Positions 19,833 through 30,599 of a stretch of DNA of 64,000 nucleotides are shown piece after piece. The notes beneath the pieces were generated by a model. It did no database searches and was not told the origin of the DNA. It worked only from the letters and a program-made list of their open reading frames with translations. Position 1 is the first letter of the stretch, and each line of letters begins with the position of its first letter. The translations under genes were made by a program, and so were the position numbers. The DNA is from an uncultured bacterium (GTDB lineage Bacteria; Bacteroidota; Ignavibacteria; UBA10030; BY39): positions 6,302-70,301 of the forward strand of contig CALCJK010000013.1 of assembly GCA_937967455.1 (NCBI GenBank). Direction: 5' to 3'.

Positions 19833-20951
19833 TTAATTAGATATAAATTTTTGAAGTATTCCATAGCGTTCTAAAGCAATATTTAAAACTTCCTGTATTA
19901 ACTGATTGTAAGACATTCCTGCAGTACGGGCAGCTTTTGGGAAACAGGAGTTATCTTCAGGTTTTGGTAAAATTCCAGGTAGTGGATTTAGCTCTATTAT
20001 ATTAGCCTTACCTTTTGAATCAAGTCGCACATCGATTCTACACCAATCGCGACATCTCATAATTGTATAAGCCTTAGTGCATACCTCTTCTATTTCATTT
20101 TGTAATGCAGGAGAAATATTAGCTGGGCATTCGAAAATATTTAATGGAGATTCAGAGTTGTCCCAGATCCATTTTGCTTCATAAGAATAGATTGGGTTTA
20201 CATTATCAGGTAATGTATCGAATTTAATTTCAACAATGGGTAGGACCCTTAAATTTTTACCATTGCCTAAGATTGCAACAGTGAATTCTCTACCATCTAA
20301 AAATTCTTCAACAAGTGCAGGTTGATTGTAATTATTTAAAACAAAATTTACTTGCTCAATTAATTCATCAAAGTTTCGGACAATAGAGGAATTGAAAATA
20401 CCTTTACTTGAACCTTCGTGTTGTGGTTTTACGATACTTGGAAATTTAGTTGATATTCCAGCTAACTGTGATAATTCGCTTATTAGCGTGAAATGAGGAG
20501 TTGGGATATTATAGTAAGAAAGGATTTCTTTGGTCCTGGCTTTATCCAGGCAAATTGATAGAGTTAATGGATCGGAGCCTGTATAAGGAATTTGGAGAAA
20601 TTCTAACATTGCTGGAATTTGAGCTTCGCGAGAACTTCCACACATCCCTTCAGCTATATTGAATACAATATCGGGTTTTAATTCCTGTAACTTTTGATAT
20701 GCAAATTTGTCTGCCTCAATTAAAGTTACATTATGTTTTTCTGCGAGTGCTCTCCTAACAGCATCAACTGTTTCAAAAGTATCCCATTCTGCATATAAGT
20801 CGGATACCTTTGTAAGTTTATTTTTCTTTAATTGTTCAGGTTCACTATCTGAACAATCATCCTTTTCAGTATGCTCGCTATGATCTTCTCTAGTATTGTC
20901 TTCCTTTTTTAAATTAAAAACGAGCGCAACATTCAACGGAAGATTTATCAA
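19833..20951 (-). CDS. D-Ala-D-Ala ligase-like ATP-grasp enzyme
   Basis: PDIVFNIAEG, IPYTGS, KPQHEGSSKGI, EEFLDGREFTV, RIDVR and ELNPLPG. It lacks the Ddl GGxSxE motif. TTG start. Confidence 0.88.
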   Translation of the reverse strand: MINLPLNVALVFNLKKEDNTREDHSEHTEKDDCSDSEPEQLKKNKLTKVSDLYAEWDTFETVDAVRRALAEKHNVTLIEADKFAYQKLQELKPDIVFNIAEGMCGSSREAQIPAMLEFLQIPYTGSDPLTLSICLDKARTKEILSYYNIPTPHFTLISELSQLAGISTKFPSIVKPQHEGSSKGIFNSSIVRNFDELIEQVNFVLNNYNQPALVEEFLDGREFTVAILGNGKNLRVLPIVEIKFDTLPDNVNPIYSYEAKWIWDNSESPLNIFECPANISPALQNEIEEVCTKAYTIMRCRDWCRIDVRLDSKGKANIIELNPLPGILPKPEDNSCFPKAARTAGMSYNQLIQEVLNIALERYGILQKFISN

Positions 20952-21036
20952 CGAACTCGTTTGTATCTCACAATTTGTTATACATACTATTTAATTTTTT
21001 ACAGTTAAGTTTTATCTTAATCTGTAAAACACTACT

Positions 21037-21066
21037 ATAATATAAACTTTTTTTTGTAGAAGTCAA
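21037..21066 (-). promoter_or_regulatory. Putative sigma70 promoter of the ATP-grasp/GNAT/KamA operon
   Basis: TTGACT at 21066-21061 followed by TATATT/TATTAT at 16-18 nt spacing on the minus strand. Confidence 0.5.
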
Positions 21067-21098
21067 GTAAAAAATGAATTTTTTTGAAAATTTTTTCT

Positions 21099-23321
21099 TT
21101 AACCAACCTGAATCAAGTCAAATTTGTCTTTCATCCTTTCAAGAAAAATTTTTCTAATAAGTCGGTGTTCATCTTTTCTAAGTTGAGGATCTGTCTCAAT
21201 AACTTTGAAAGCAATCTTTCGCGCGAGATTAATCAAGTTTCCATCTTCAAGTACATTGGCAATGTTAAATTCAGGTAAACCGCTTTGTCTTGTACCAAAG
21301 AAATCACCAGGACCTCTTAGTTTAAGATCTATCTCAGAAATTTTAAAACCATCATTTGTAGAAAGCATAGCCTGAATTCGTATGATAGCTTTTTGTTCTT
21401 CTAACTCATTGTTATCATTGAAGTTATAGTCGTTACTAATTTCATATTTTAAGTTTTTTTTGCGCACTTTGTTGACTAGCCAGTTTGGTGCTACAAGGAT
21501 ACAATAGGATTGTTCGGCACCTCTTCCAACTCTACCTCGCAGTTGGTGGAGTTGAGATAATCCAAACCTTTCGGCATGTTCAATAACCATCATTGTGGCG
21601 TTAGGAATGTCAATTCCAACTTCAATTACCGTTGTAGATACCAGTATGTTTATTTTATTTTCTTTAAAAGCTTTCATAACCTGATCTCTTTCTTCGGCTG
21701 ACATTCTACCATGTATAAGTCCAATATTTAGATCAGGGAATATTTCTTTTTGAAATTTCTCATAACTCTCAACGGCAGCTTTTAAATCCATTTTTTCTGA
21801 TTCTTCAATGAGGGGATAGATTATATAAACTTGTTGCCCCATGTCGATAATGTTCCTGATGAATTGATAAAGTTTACCTGTTTCAGATTCGGAATATAAA
21901 AGTGTTTTGACTGGTTTTCGATCCTTTGGTAATTCATCTATTATAGATACATCTAAATCACCGTAAACTGTAAGTGAAAGCGTACGAGGGATTGGAGTAG
22001 CGGTCATTACAAGTACATCAGGTTGAATTTTTATGCTTTCTTTTGCTTTCTTCATGAGTTCAGCTCTTTGTTCTACCCCAAATCGGTGTTGTTCGTCAAT
22101 TATGACTAGTCCAAGGTTTGCGAATTCAATTCTTTCCTGTATTAAAGCGTGTGTTCCAATAACTATGTTTGCATTCCCAGTTTTAATTTCGTTTAAGATA
22201 CTTTCTTTGAATGATCTTTTCTGAGCACCCAATAATAGTCTTACATTTAAGTTTAAATCATTTAGGAATTGAGTTATTGTCCGGTAATGTTGTTCTGCGA
22301 GAATTTCTGTGGGTGCCATAAATGCAACCTGATAATTGTTCTCAACTGCAATTAACATTGAAATTAAAGCAACAATAGTTTTTCCGCTACCAACATCTCC
22401 CTGGAGTAAACGATTCATAGGTTTAGGTGATTGCATATCATCAGCAATCTCTTTTATGACTCTTATCTGTGCTTTTGTGAGTTTAAATGAGAGGGAATCT
22501 ACCAATTTGCGAGCTAAAGAACTTTTAACATTGAAGGGAATACCTGGAAGCTGAACCTTTAAGAATCTTCTACGCAAAGCCAGCATCAATTGAAATAAAA
22601 ACCATTCATCAAATTTTAACCTAATTCGAGCGGAGTTTTTCTCTTCTGTTGTTTTTGGAAAATGCACCTTTCTTAGTGCATCCTGTAAAGACAATAGTGA
22701 GTTTTCTTTAATTATATATTCAGGTAAAAAATCTTCAATTAATGGAACATATTCATTAACAACATAGTGTAGAATTTTTCTCAGTGCGGTATCAGTGATA
22801 CGTGCATTTCTAAATTCTTCACACATTGAGTATTTTGGTATTAAACCTTTAGTGTTTATTAAGTTTGCTTCGGTTGGTTTCTCATTTATATCAATACGGT
22901 CGATTCTGGGATGTACAATCTGAACTTTGTTCATAAAGTAGTTTAGTTTCCCGGAAACTGCCAAAGTATCACCAATTTTATAAGCAGTTTTGAAGTAATT
23001 AATATTTTGAAAGAATACAAGTGGTATCACTCCAGAATCGTCGCCTAGAATTATTATACATTGCCTTTTAGGTGGTCTACCAGTTATATCGATTGAGCGG
23101 ACAGTTCCAATAACAGATACATTTTTACTAATATCATTAATTTTCTTTAAATCACTAATTCTGGAAACTTCTGTAAGGTCAAGATAATCGAAAGGGAAAT
23201 AGTAAATTAAGTCGTAAACAGTGTTGATGGATTTTTTTGAAAATGCCTCTGCACGTTTAGGTCCAATGCCTTTTATAAATTGGACTGGAGTGTTCAAATC
23301 TTTTATAAAAATTTTCTTCAC
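21099..23321 (-). CDS. recG: ATP-dependent DNA helicase RecG
   Basis: KGIGPKRA, QGDVGSGKT, DEQHRFG, MTATPIPRT, QLRGRVGRG and RGPGDFFG motifs. Confidence 0.96.
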   Translation of the reverse strand: MKKIFIKDLNTPVQFIKGIGPKRAEAFSKKSINTVYDLIYYFPFDYLDLTEVSRISDLKKINDISKNVSVIGTVRSIDITGRPPKRQCIIILGDDSGVIPLVFFQNINYFKTAYKIGDTLAVSGKLNYFMNKVQIVHPRIDRIDINEKPTEANLINTKGLIPKYSMCEEFRNARITDTALRKILHYVVNEYVPLIEDFLPEYIIKENSLLSLQDALRKVHFPKTTEEKNSARIRLKFDEWFLFQLMLALRRRFLKVQLPGIPFNVKSSLARKLVDSLSFKLTKAQIRVIKEIADDMQSPKPMNRLLQGDVGSGKTIVALISMLIAVENNYQVAFMAPTEILAEQHYRTITQFLNDLNLNVRLLLGAQKRSFKESILNEIKTGNANIVIGTHALIQERIEFANLGLVIIDEQHRFGVEQRAELMKKAKESIKIQPDVLVMTATPIPRTLSLTVYGDLDVSIIDELPKDRKPVKTLLYSESETGKLYQFIRNIIDMGQQVYIIYPLIEESEKMDLKAAVESYEKFQKEIFPDLNIGLIHGRMSAEERDQVMKAFKENKINILVSTTVIEVGIDIPNATMMVIEHAERFGLSQLHQLRGRVGRGAEQSYCILVAPNWLVNKVRKKNLKYEISNDYNFNDNNELEEQKAIIRIQAMLSTNDGFKISEIDLKLRGPGDFFGTRQSGLPEFNIANVLEDGNLINLARKIAFKVIETDPQLRKDEHRLIRKIFLERMKDKFDLIQVG

Positions 23322-23344
23322 ATGTAAAATATAGTCATAATTTG

Positions 23345-24313
23345 TTAGAATGTTGCAAAGGGAGAAGTAAGGTCCTCTGGTTTTATTATTTTTTGATAGT
23401 TGATAAAACTCTCAAAAGAAAAATCAGGTTTTTCCCAAAGTCGAACAATTTCTTTCATATATTCGACTGATAATTTAACAGCATTATCATAATATTGCAT
23501 ATAGTTAAAGCCGTTTTCTGTGTTTCTGAAATAAAGTTTATATTCATTTGATTGTTCAAGATTATTTTTGTTTTTATTATATGATTCAAAGGCTTTTACA
23601 TATGGGCCAATATTATCCATCATGTCAAAAGCGAAGATAATACCATCTATCCAGGCATCAATATCTTTGGTTAATAATTTTGGGTAACCTGCTTTACTTA
23701 TCGCAAGAGATATAAGATTGCAGAACCTATCATACTCAAACCCAAATTTTTTAATATTAATTGAATCAGAAGCTATAATTTTGCTAAATGTGCGGTCAGG
23801 ATAGAGTTCATAAAAAAGGAAGATATCTTGATGCACTTCGCAAATGGAATGTTTTTGAGATATTTCAAGTGAGCGATAGTATGGACCTGTAATTTCTCTT
23901 ACAAGTCGATGTATAACCTGATCGGCTGCAATATGAGAAACGAAACCTAGTGTAAACACAAATGTTGCATTGTTAAAGTCCTGCTTTATAAGTTGATTTT
24001 TTTTCAGCTCTGCGAATGCGAGGTTCATTTCCATAATATAATATGGAAATAAATTTGGTCGTGTTGAATGAAAGAAAAAAGAAGCATCTTCCTGTTGAGG
24101 TTGGGCTAGATCTACAAAAGGGCGTACAAGGAGTTGTTGGAGAGCTGCTTTAATTAAATTCTTTTTGCGATAACTTGGTAAATCAGGCCCTAGGGAGCCA
24201 AGTCGAAAATGATTGCTTTTATTTATAATTAGCTCACCGATATGTGGAAAGTCTTTGGATAATTTTTTATATGCGTTATGTGCAATTAAGATATGTGCAA
24301 TGCTTGAAGGCAT
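23345..24313 (-). CDS. Zinc-dependent phospholipase C family protein
   Basis: N-terminal MPxxxxH, GSLGPDL, FFHS, GFVSHIAADQVIH and HSICEVHQD metal-ligand pattern. Confidence 0.75.
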   Translation of the reverse strand: MPSSIAHILIAHNAYKKLSKDFPHIGELIINKSNHFRLGSLGPDLPSYRKKNLIKAALQQLLVRPFVDLAQPQQEDASFFFHSTRPNLFPYYIMEMNLAFAELKKNQLIKQDFNNATFVFTLGFVSHIAADQVIHRLVREITGPYYRSLEISQKHSICEVHQDIFLFYELYPDRTFSKIIASDSINIKKFGFEYDRFCNLISLAISKAGYPKLLTKDIDAWIDGIIFAFDMMDNIGPYVKAFESYNKNKNNLEQSNEYKLYFRNTENGFNYMQYYDNAVKLSVEYMKEIVRLWEKPDFSFESFINYQKIIKPEDLTSPFATF

Positions 24314-24330
24314 TATTGCCAGTAGGATTT

Positions 24331-25332
24331 TTATATTAATTCATTTTTTGGATCTCTCAACATTAATTCAAGAGTGGCTTCGTGAGGTTCTTTGTTATTA
24401 AATAAAACGTTGTAAACTTGCTGGATAATTGGGACTTCGACACCAGTTCGATCTGCAAGTTGGCAAGCAGCTTTGGTTGTAGGAACTCCTTCTGCCACCA
24501 TAACCATTTCATTTATTATTTCTGTTAGTTTACGGCCTTTTCCAATTTGCTCGCCTACATAACGATTTCTGCTATGGCGACTCATACAAGTTGCAATAAG
24601 ATCTCCAATTCCGGAAAGCCCTGAAAATGTTTTTGGATTCGAACCAAGAGCTGAGCCAAGTCGGGATATTTCTACTATACCTCTTGTCATTATTGCTGCT
24701 TTGGTATTGTCGCCATACCCAGCACCATCACATATTCCAGCACCAATAGCAATTACGTTTTTGAGAGCTCCTCCAAGTTCTACTCCTTTAACATCATTGG
24801 AGGTGTATACTCTAAAATATTGATTCATAAAAATTTTCTGAACTAATTGAGCAAATGATAAATCTTCTGAAGCGGCTACAACTGCGGTTGGAGTTTTTTT
24901 GCTAACCTCCTCTGCAAAACTTGGACCTGAAATTACTACTGTTTTTTCTCTTGGATGTTCTGGAAACAGTTCAGCTAGTACATCGCTCATAGTTTTTAAT
25001 GTTTCGATTTCAATTCCCTTAGCTACATTTACAATTATCTTTTCAGTTATATATTTGTAATCTATTGTAGAAATTACTGAACGCAAATGCTGCGAAGGAA
25101 CAGCTGTAACTATTAGCTCTGAATTTATTATAGCTTTGTTAAGGTCTCTTGTTACTTCAATTTGTTCTGGAATTTTTATACCTGGTAGGAAAACAACATT
25201 TTCTCTTTTTTCTAAAATATTTTGATAATCCTCTTCACGATATGACCATAATGAAACCTGGTGGCCATTTGAAAAAAGTAAAAGAGCCAGTGTTGTGCCC
25301 CAACTTCCAGCTCCAATTATTGAAATCCTCAT
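24331..25332 (-). CDS. gpsA: NAD(P)H-dependent glycerol-3-phosphate dehydrogenase
   Basis: GAGSWGT, KGIE, SGPSFA, GGALKNVIAI and SRHSRN motifs. Confidence 0.96.
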   Translation of the reverse strand: MRISIIGAGSWGTTLALLLFSNGHQVSLWSYREEDYQNILEKRENVVFLPGIKIPEQIEVTRDLNKAIINSELIVTAVPSQHLRSVISTIDYKYITEKIIVNVAKGIEIETLKTMSDVLAELFPEHPREKTVVISGPSFAEEVSKKTPTAVVAASEDLSFAQLVQKIFMNQYFRVYTSNDVKGVELGGALKNVIAIGAGICDGAGYGDNTKAAIMTRGIVEISRLGSALGSNPKTFSGLSGIGDLIATCMSRHSRNRYVGEQIGKGRKLTEIINEMVMVAEGVPTTKAACQLADRTGVEVPIIQQVYNVLFNNKEPHEATLELMLRDPKNELI

Positions 25333-25338
25333 TTCGAA

Positions 25339-26022
25339 TTATTCGTTTTTGTTCTTTCTCTTAAAGAAATTGAAGTTTGTGATTTTATGCTCTTTACCTT
25401 GTATTAATCTAATGATGTTTTTTCGATGGGTGAAAATTAACAATAATGCCATTCCAATGCTAAAATATATTAGTGTGCTGTAACCTTCTATTTCTGTTTT
25501 TAAAACATTTGCTCTAAAGATTAAAGTTAATGGAAAAGCAATTGCTGCAGATATAGATCCAAGTGAAACATATTTAGAAATAAATAAAACAATTGAAAAA
25601 ACACCAAGCACTATCAATATATCCCACGGAGCAATACCAATTAACATTCCAGCAGCAGTTGCAATTCCTTTTCCTCCTCTGAATCCTCCAAAGATTGTCC
25701 AAATGTGACCTATTACAGCTGCTGTACCACAGATAATTTTAACAAGTGTAAAATCCTCAAATGGTGTATAATTGTTAAAAGGAATACCTGAATACATAAA
25801 CTTTGAAATTACACTTGTAGCAAATAATCCTTTTAATATATCTATTATAATTACAGTAATTCCAGCTTTAAATCCGAGGATTCTCATTACATTTGTTCCG
25901 CCAGCATTCCCACTACCGTATTGACGTATATCAATCCCCTTGACAAGCTTACTTATAATTATGCTTGTCGGTATAGACCCTACAAGATAGCTTAAAAATA
26001 TTAGAATTGAGAGTGATAACAT
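25339..26022 (-). CDS. plsY: Glycerol-3-phosphate 1-O-acyltransferase
   Basis: GSIP, GSGNAGGTNVMR, GHIW..FRGGKGIAT and HRKNIIRL motifs. Confidence 0.95.
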   Translation of the reverse strand: MLSLSILIFLSYLVGSIPTSIIISKLVKGIDIRQYGSGNAGGTNVMRILGFKAGITVIIIDILKGLFATSVISKFMYSGIPFNNYTPFEDFTLVKIICGTAAVIGHIWTIFGGFRGGKGIATAAGMLIGIAPWDILIVLGVFSIVLFISKYVSLGSISAAIAFPLTLIFRANVLKTEIEGYSTLIYFSIGMALLLIFTHRKNIIRLIQGKEHKITNFNFFKRKNKNE

Positions 26023-26071
26023 ATCATTTTATTTTTTTGATACACAAAGATATGCAAAATTAATGAAACTT

Positions 26072-26770
26072 TCAAAAATGTGGAGTCCTGGAAATTAGCA
26101 ACTCTGCCAATAAAAAATCTTCTTTTGTTGTAATTTTTATGTTACTATATTCTCCCTCAACGAGTTTGATTTTAATTCCAAGTTTCTCTACCAAGTTTGC
26201 GTCATCAGTGGAATAATATTTTGCTTTAAATGCATTTTTATATGCTGAAATTAATAGTGAAGTTTCAAATCCCTGTGGAGTTTGAACAGCATAAAGAAAA
26301 TTTCTATCTAATGTTTTTACGAGGAAATCGCCTTCTCGAACTTTTATTGTGTCTTTTAATGGAATTGCAGGAATGGCAACTTTATAAATACTGGCAGCTT
26401 CAACTATTTTATCGATAAGTGTATTTGATACAAAAGGTCTTACTGCGTCGTGAATTAAGATTATATTCGGAGAAAATTTTGTTGCTTCATTAATGCCATT
26501 CCAGACCGAATCCTGTCTTTCTTTACCTCCTGTTACCAAAATAATTTTTTTTGAAGTGTTTAATCTTTCTATAATTTGTTTTGTTTGCGACAAATAATTA
26601 CTAGGGGCTACAACAATAATGGTCGATATGTTGTTTGAATAACAAAATTTTTCAAGTGATAGCTGAAGTATGGTTTTGTCGTTCAGCTTTAGAAATTGTT
26701 TAGGTAAGTCGCTGCCGAATCTTTTACCGATCCCAGCAGCGACTATTATAGCAGCCACATTTAATTTCAT
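26072..26770 (-). CDS. ispD: 2-C-methyl-D-erythritol 4-phosphate cytidylyltransferase
   Basis: AAGIGKR..PKQF, GGKERQDSV, IHDAVRP, QTPQGF and NIKITT motifs. Confidence 0.93.
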   Translation of the reverse strand: MKLNVAAIIVAAGIGKRFGSDLPKQFLKLNDKTILQLSLEKFCYSNNISTIIVVAPSNYLSQTKQIIERLNTSKKIILVTGGKERQDSVWNGINEATKFSPNIILIHDAVRPFVSNTLIDKIVEAASIYKVAIPAIPLKDTIKVREGDFLVKTLDRNFLYAVQTPQGFETSLLISAYKNAFKAKYYSTDDANLVEKLGIKIKLVEGEYSNIKITTKEDFLLAELLISRTPHF

Positions 26771-26782
26771 AAAAAATTTCAG

Positions 26783-27820
26783 TTATAATATAAGCATTGC
26801 ATCACCGTAACTGTAGAATCTCAAACCTTCTTTAATGGCTCTTTTATAAGCGTTCATTATGAGATCGTATCCACCAAATGCACATACCATCATAAGCAGA
26901 GTAGATTCAGGTAAATGAAAATTTGTTATCATTTTATTCACTACTTTGAAACTATAAGGTGGATAAATGAATTTATCAGTCCAGCCTTTAAATGGTTTGA
27001 CGAAGCCTTGTGTGGTCACAGAAGATTCAAGCGCGCGGACTGTACTTGTGCCACACACAAAAACATTTCCTTTGCTCTCAATAGTTTTGTTGATTGTTTT
27101 TGCAGTTGCTTCGCTGATTTCAAAATACTCAGAATCCATCTTGTGCTTCGAAAGGTCTTCAACTTCAACTTTTCTAAATGTACCAAGTCCAATATGTAAT
27201 GTTACGAAGGTTATTTTTACTCCTTTACTTTCGATCTGCGATAGCAACTTTTTTGTGAAATGTAAACCTGCTGTTGGTGCTGCAACCGAGCCAACATTTT
27301 TCGCATAAACAGTTTGATACCTCTGTTTGTCCAGTTCTTCTGATTCGCGCTTGATATAATGGGGCAAGGGCATATAACCTATTCTCTCAAATACTTTATA
27401 TAGGTCTTCATTTGAGATAAATCTTATTGTTCTGCCTCTTGAAGTTGTATTATCTACAATTTCACACACAAGTCGCCCATCATCGAAATAAACTTTATTT
27501 CCAATTCTAACTTTACGAGCAGGTTCAACAATCACATCCCACAATTTTTCTTCCTTGTTCAGCTCACGAAGCAGCAGAAATTCAATTTTAGCATTTGTTT
27601 TTTCCTTTCTACCAAAAAGTCGAGCTGGAAATACTTTTGTGTCGTTCAAAACAAGCACATCACCTTTTTTAAAATAATTTAAAATATCGGAAAACTTCTT
27701 AATTTCGATGCTCTCATCAGCACGATTCACAACCATTAACTTGGATGCATCTCTCTGAGCCGTTGGATATTTTGCTATCAAATTCCTTGGTAAAGGGTAT
27801 TTAAAATCTGATAGTTTCAT
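26783..27820 (-). CDS. queA: S-adenosylmethionine:tRNA ribosyltransferase-isomerase
   Basis: PLPHYIKR, YQTVYA, AAPTAGLHF, TNFHLPESTL and YSYGDAM motifs. Confidence 0.96.
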   Translation of the reverse strand: MKLSDFKYPLPRNLIAKYPTAQRDASKLMVVNRADESIEIKKFSDILNYFKKGDVLVLNDTKVFPARLFGRKEKTNAKIEFLLLRELNKEEKLWDVIVEPARKVRIGNKVYFDDGRLVCEIVDNTTSRGRTIRFISNEDLYKVFERIGYMPLPHYIKRESEELDKQRYQTVYAKNVGSVAAPTAGLHFTKKLLSQIESKGVKITFVTLHIGLGTFRKVEVEDLSKHKMDSEYFEISEATAKTINKTIESKGNVFVCGTSTVRALESSVTTQGFVKPFKGWTDKFIYPPYSFKVVNKMITNFHLPESTLLMMVCAFGGYDLIMNAYKRAIKEGLRFYSYGDAMLIL

Positions 27821-27852
27821 AAAATGAATCCTATTTTATTTTTGTGTTTATC

Positions 27853-30579
27853 TTACTTTCTCTTATTGGTTTTATTAATGAGTGCTGCTCTTGCTGCTGC
27901 TAATCGAGCAATTGCGACTCTGAACGGAGAGCAACTAACATAATCCAGTCCAATTCGGTGGCAAAATTCGATAGAGCTTGGTTCACCACCATGCTCGCCA
28001 CAAATTCCGAGTTTAATCTTAGGTCTGACCGACCTACCTTTCTGAACTGCTATTTTCATTAGCTCACCAACACCTTTTTGGTCTAAAGCTTCAAATGGAT
28101 CTACTGGGTAAATTTCTTTCTCAACATAAGGAATTAAAAATCTTCCAGCATCATCACGGCTTACACCAAGTGTAGTTTGTGTCAAATCGTTTGTTCCAAA
28201 GCTGAAAAATTCTGCTACTTCAGCAATTTCATCTGCTGTTATTGCGCCTCTTGGGACTTCAATCATTGTTCCAACCAAATAATTTATCTTAACTTTATTT
28301 TCCTGCATAACTTCGTTTGCAACTTTTCTAACAAGTTCTTCTTGTAATTTTAGCTCTTTAACATTTCCCACTAAAGGAATCATAATTTCAGGTTTAACTT
28401 TGATACCTTTCTTTTGTACGTTTACAGCAGCTTCAAAAATTGCACGAGCTTGCATTTCTGTGATTTCTGGATAAATTATACCAAGTCGACATCCACGAAA
28501 GCCTAACATTGGATTAAATTCGTGAAGAGAATCAACTCTCTGTTTTACCTTCTCAAAGCTGATACCCATTTGAAGTGCCAATTCTCTTTGTTCTTTTTCT
28601 TCATGTGGTAAAAACTCGTGTAAAGGTGGATCAATTGTTCTGATAGTCACTGGTCTACCGTTCATTGCTTCGAATATGCCTTCAAAATCTTTCCTTTGTA
28701 AGGGAAGGAGTTTTGCAAGTGCTTGTTTTCTTTCATTATATGTGTCCGAAAGTATCATCTCACGCATTGGACCAATTTTACCTTCTCCAAAGAACATATG
28801 TTCGGTGCGGCAGAGTCCAATACCTTCAGCTCCAAATGCTACAGCAGCAGCTGCTTGATCTGGTTGATCAGCGTTTGTTCTTACACCTAATTTTCTATAC
28901 TTATCAGCCCATTTCATGATTTTTTGATAAAGTTTATAGATTGGTGCGTTCTCTGGATTCAAAGATTTTTCAATCAACACCTGTAAAACTTCGGAAGGTT
29001 TAGTTTTAACTTCTCCTATAATTACTTCACCAGTAGTTCCATCAAGAGAAATATAATCACCTTCACTGATTACACGGCCATTTACCTGCATTGTTCTTGC
29101 AGAATAATCAATATTCAAAGCTGAACAACCTACTACACAAACTTTACCCATTTGACGAGCCACCAGAGCTGCGTGAGATGTCATACCACCTCTTGCAGTC
29201 AGTATACCCTCAGCTGCGTTCATTCCTTTTATATCTTCAGGAGAGGTTTCAATTCTGACAAGTATTACTCTTTCTCCTCTTTTGCGCCATTCTTCTGCAT
29301 CTGGAGCGTTGAAAACCACTCGCCCCGAAGCTGCACCTGGACCTGCATTTAAACCTGTTGTAAGTAATCTTCCATCTTTTATAGCAGTCTCTTTTTCTGT
29401 TCTATCAAATACAGGTCTTAATAACTGGTTAAGCTGATCTGGTTCTATTCTTAGAAGCGCTTCTTTTTCATCTATAAGCTTTTCGTCCACCATATCAACT
29501 GCAATTTTCATTGCAGCGAATGCTGTTCTTTTGCCAACACGACATTGTAATATATAAAGTTTGTTCTGTTGTATTGTAAACTCGATATCCATCATATCTT
29601 TATAATGTTTTTCTAAAATTTTTCTATATTTATCAAGTTCTTTGTATATGATTGGATTTGATTCTGCTAGTTTGGATATTGGCAGAGGAGTTCTGATACC
29701 AGCTACTACATCTTCTCCTTGTGCATTCATTAAGTATTCGCCGTAGAAGTAATTTTCACCTGTTGCAGCATCGCGAGTAAAGGCAACTCCTGTTCCAGAA
29801 TCTTCACCCATGTTCCCAAACACCATTGCTTGTACATTTACAGCTGTGCCCCATGATTCTGGGATATCATACATTTTTCTATATGCTATTGCTCTTTCGT
29901 TCATCCAGGAACCGAACACGGCACCAATTGCACCCCAGAGCTGTTCCATTGGATCTTCAGGAAAATCGTGACCTGTTTTTTCTTTAATTGCTTGCTTGAA
30001 AAGTTTCACTAAATCTTTTAAATCTTCAGCATTCAGTTCTGTATCAAGCGAAACACCTTTCTCTTTTTTCTTTGCATCCAGAATTTCTTCGAAAGGATCG
30101 TGTTCATCTTTGGATTTTGGTTTTAGACCCAGAACAACATCTCCATACATCGCAACAAATCTTCTATATGAGTCGTAAGCAAACCTTGGATTTTGAGTTT
30201 TTGAAATTATACCCTGAACAGTTGAGTCATTTAATCCAAGGTTTAAAATTGTATCCATCATTCCTGGCATTGATGCTCTTGCACCTGAACGAACAGACAC
30301 TAGAAGTGGATTTTCTGGGTCACCAAACTTTGCGCCCATCTCTTTTTCAACCTTCTTTAAAGCAATTTGAATCTGAGATTTTAACTCCTTAGGATATTTT
30401 TTCCTGTTTTTGTAATAATAAGTGCAAACTTCTGTTGTGATTGTAAACCCAGGAGGAACAGGAAGTTTTAAATTTACCATTTCAGCAAGGTTTGCGCCTT
30501 TACCACCTAATAGGGCTTTCATATCAGCGCGCCCTTCAGCTTTCTTACCACCAAAATAATATACGTATTTTTTTGCCAT
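27853..30579 (-). CDS. ppdK: Pyruvate, phosphate dikinase
   Basis: [23 protein letters not shown] (phospho-His), [15 protein letters not shown] and GICGEHGG motifs. Confidence 0.97.
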   Translation of the reverse strand: MAKKYVYYFGGKKAEGRADMKALLGGKGANLAEMVNLKLPVPPGFTITTEVCTYYYKNRKKYPKELKSQIQIALKKVEKEMGAKFGDPENPLLVSVRSGARASMPGMMDTILNLGLNDSTVQGIISKTQNPRFAYDSYRRFVAMYGDVVLGLKPKSKDEHDPFEEILDAKKKEKGVSLDTELNAEDLKDLVKLFKQAIKEKTGHDFPEDPMEQLWGAIGAVFGSWMNERAIAYRKMYDIPESWGTAVNVQAMVFGNMGEDSGTGVAFTRDAATGENYFYGEYLMNAQGEDVVAGIRTPLPISKLAESNPIIYKELDKYRKILEKHYKDMMDIEFTIQQNKLYILQCRVGKRTAFAAMKIAVDMVDEKLIDEKEALLRIEPDQLNQLLRPVFDRTEKETAIKDGRLLTTGLNAGPGAASGRVVFNAPDAEEWRKRGERVILVRIETSPEDIKGMNAAEGILTARGGMTSHAALVARQMGKVCVVGCSALNIDYSARTMQVNGRVISEGDYISLDGTTGEVIIGEVKTKPSEVLQVLIEKSLNPENAPIYKLYQKIMKWADKYRKLGVRTNADQPDQAAAAVAFGAEGIGLCRTEHMFFGEGKIGPMREMILSDTYNERKQALAKLLPLQRKDFEGIFEAMNGRPVTIRTIDPPLHEFLPHEEKEQRELALQMGISFEKVKQRVDSLHEFNPMLGFRGCRLGIIYPEITEMQARAIFEAAVNVQKKGIKVKPEIMIPLVGNVKELKLQEELVRKVANEVMQENKVKINYLVGTMIEVPRGAITADEIAEVAEFFSFGTNDLTQTTLGVSRDDAGRFLIPYVEKEIYPVDPFEALDQKGVGELMKIAVQKGRSVRPKIKLGICGEHGGEPSSIEFCHRIGLDYVSCSPFRVAIARLAAARAALINKTNKRK

Positions 30580-30599
30580 AATATTTGATTCTCCGTTTT

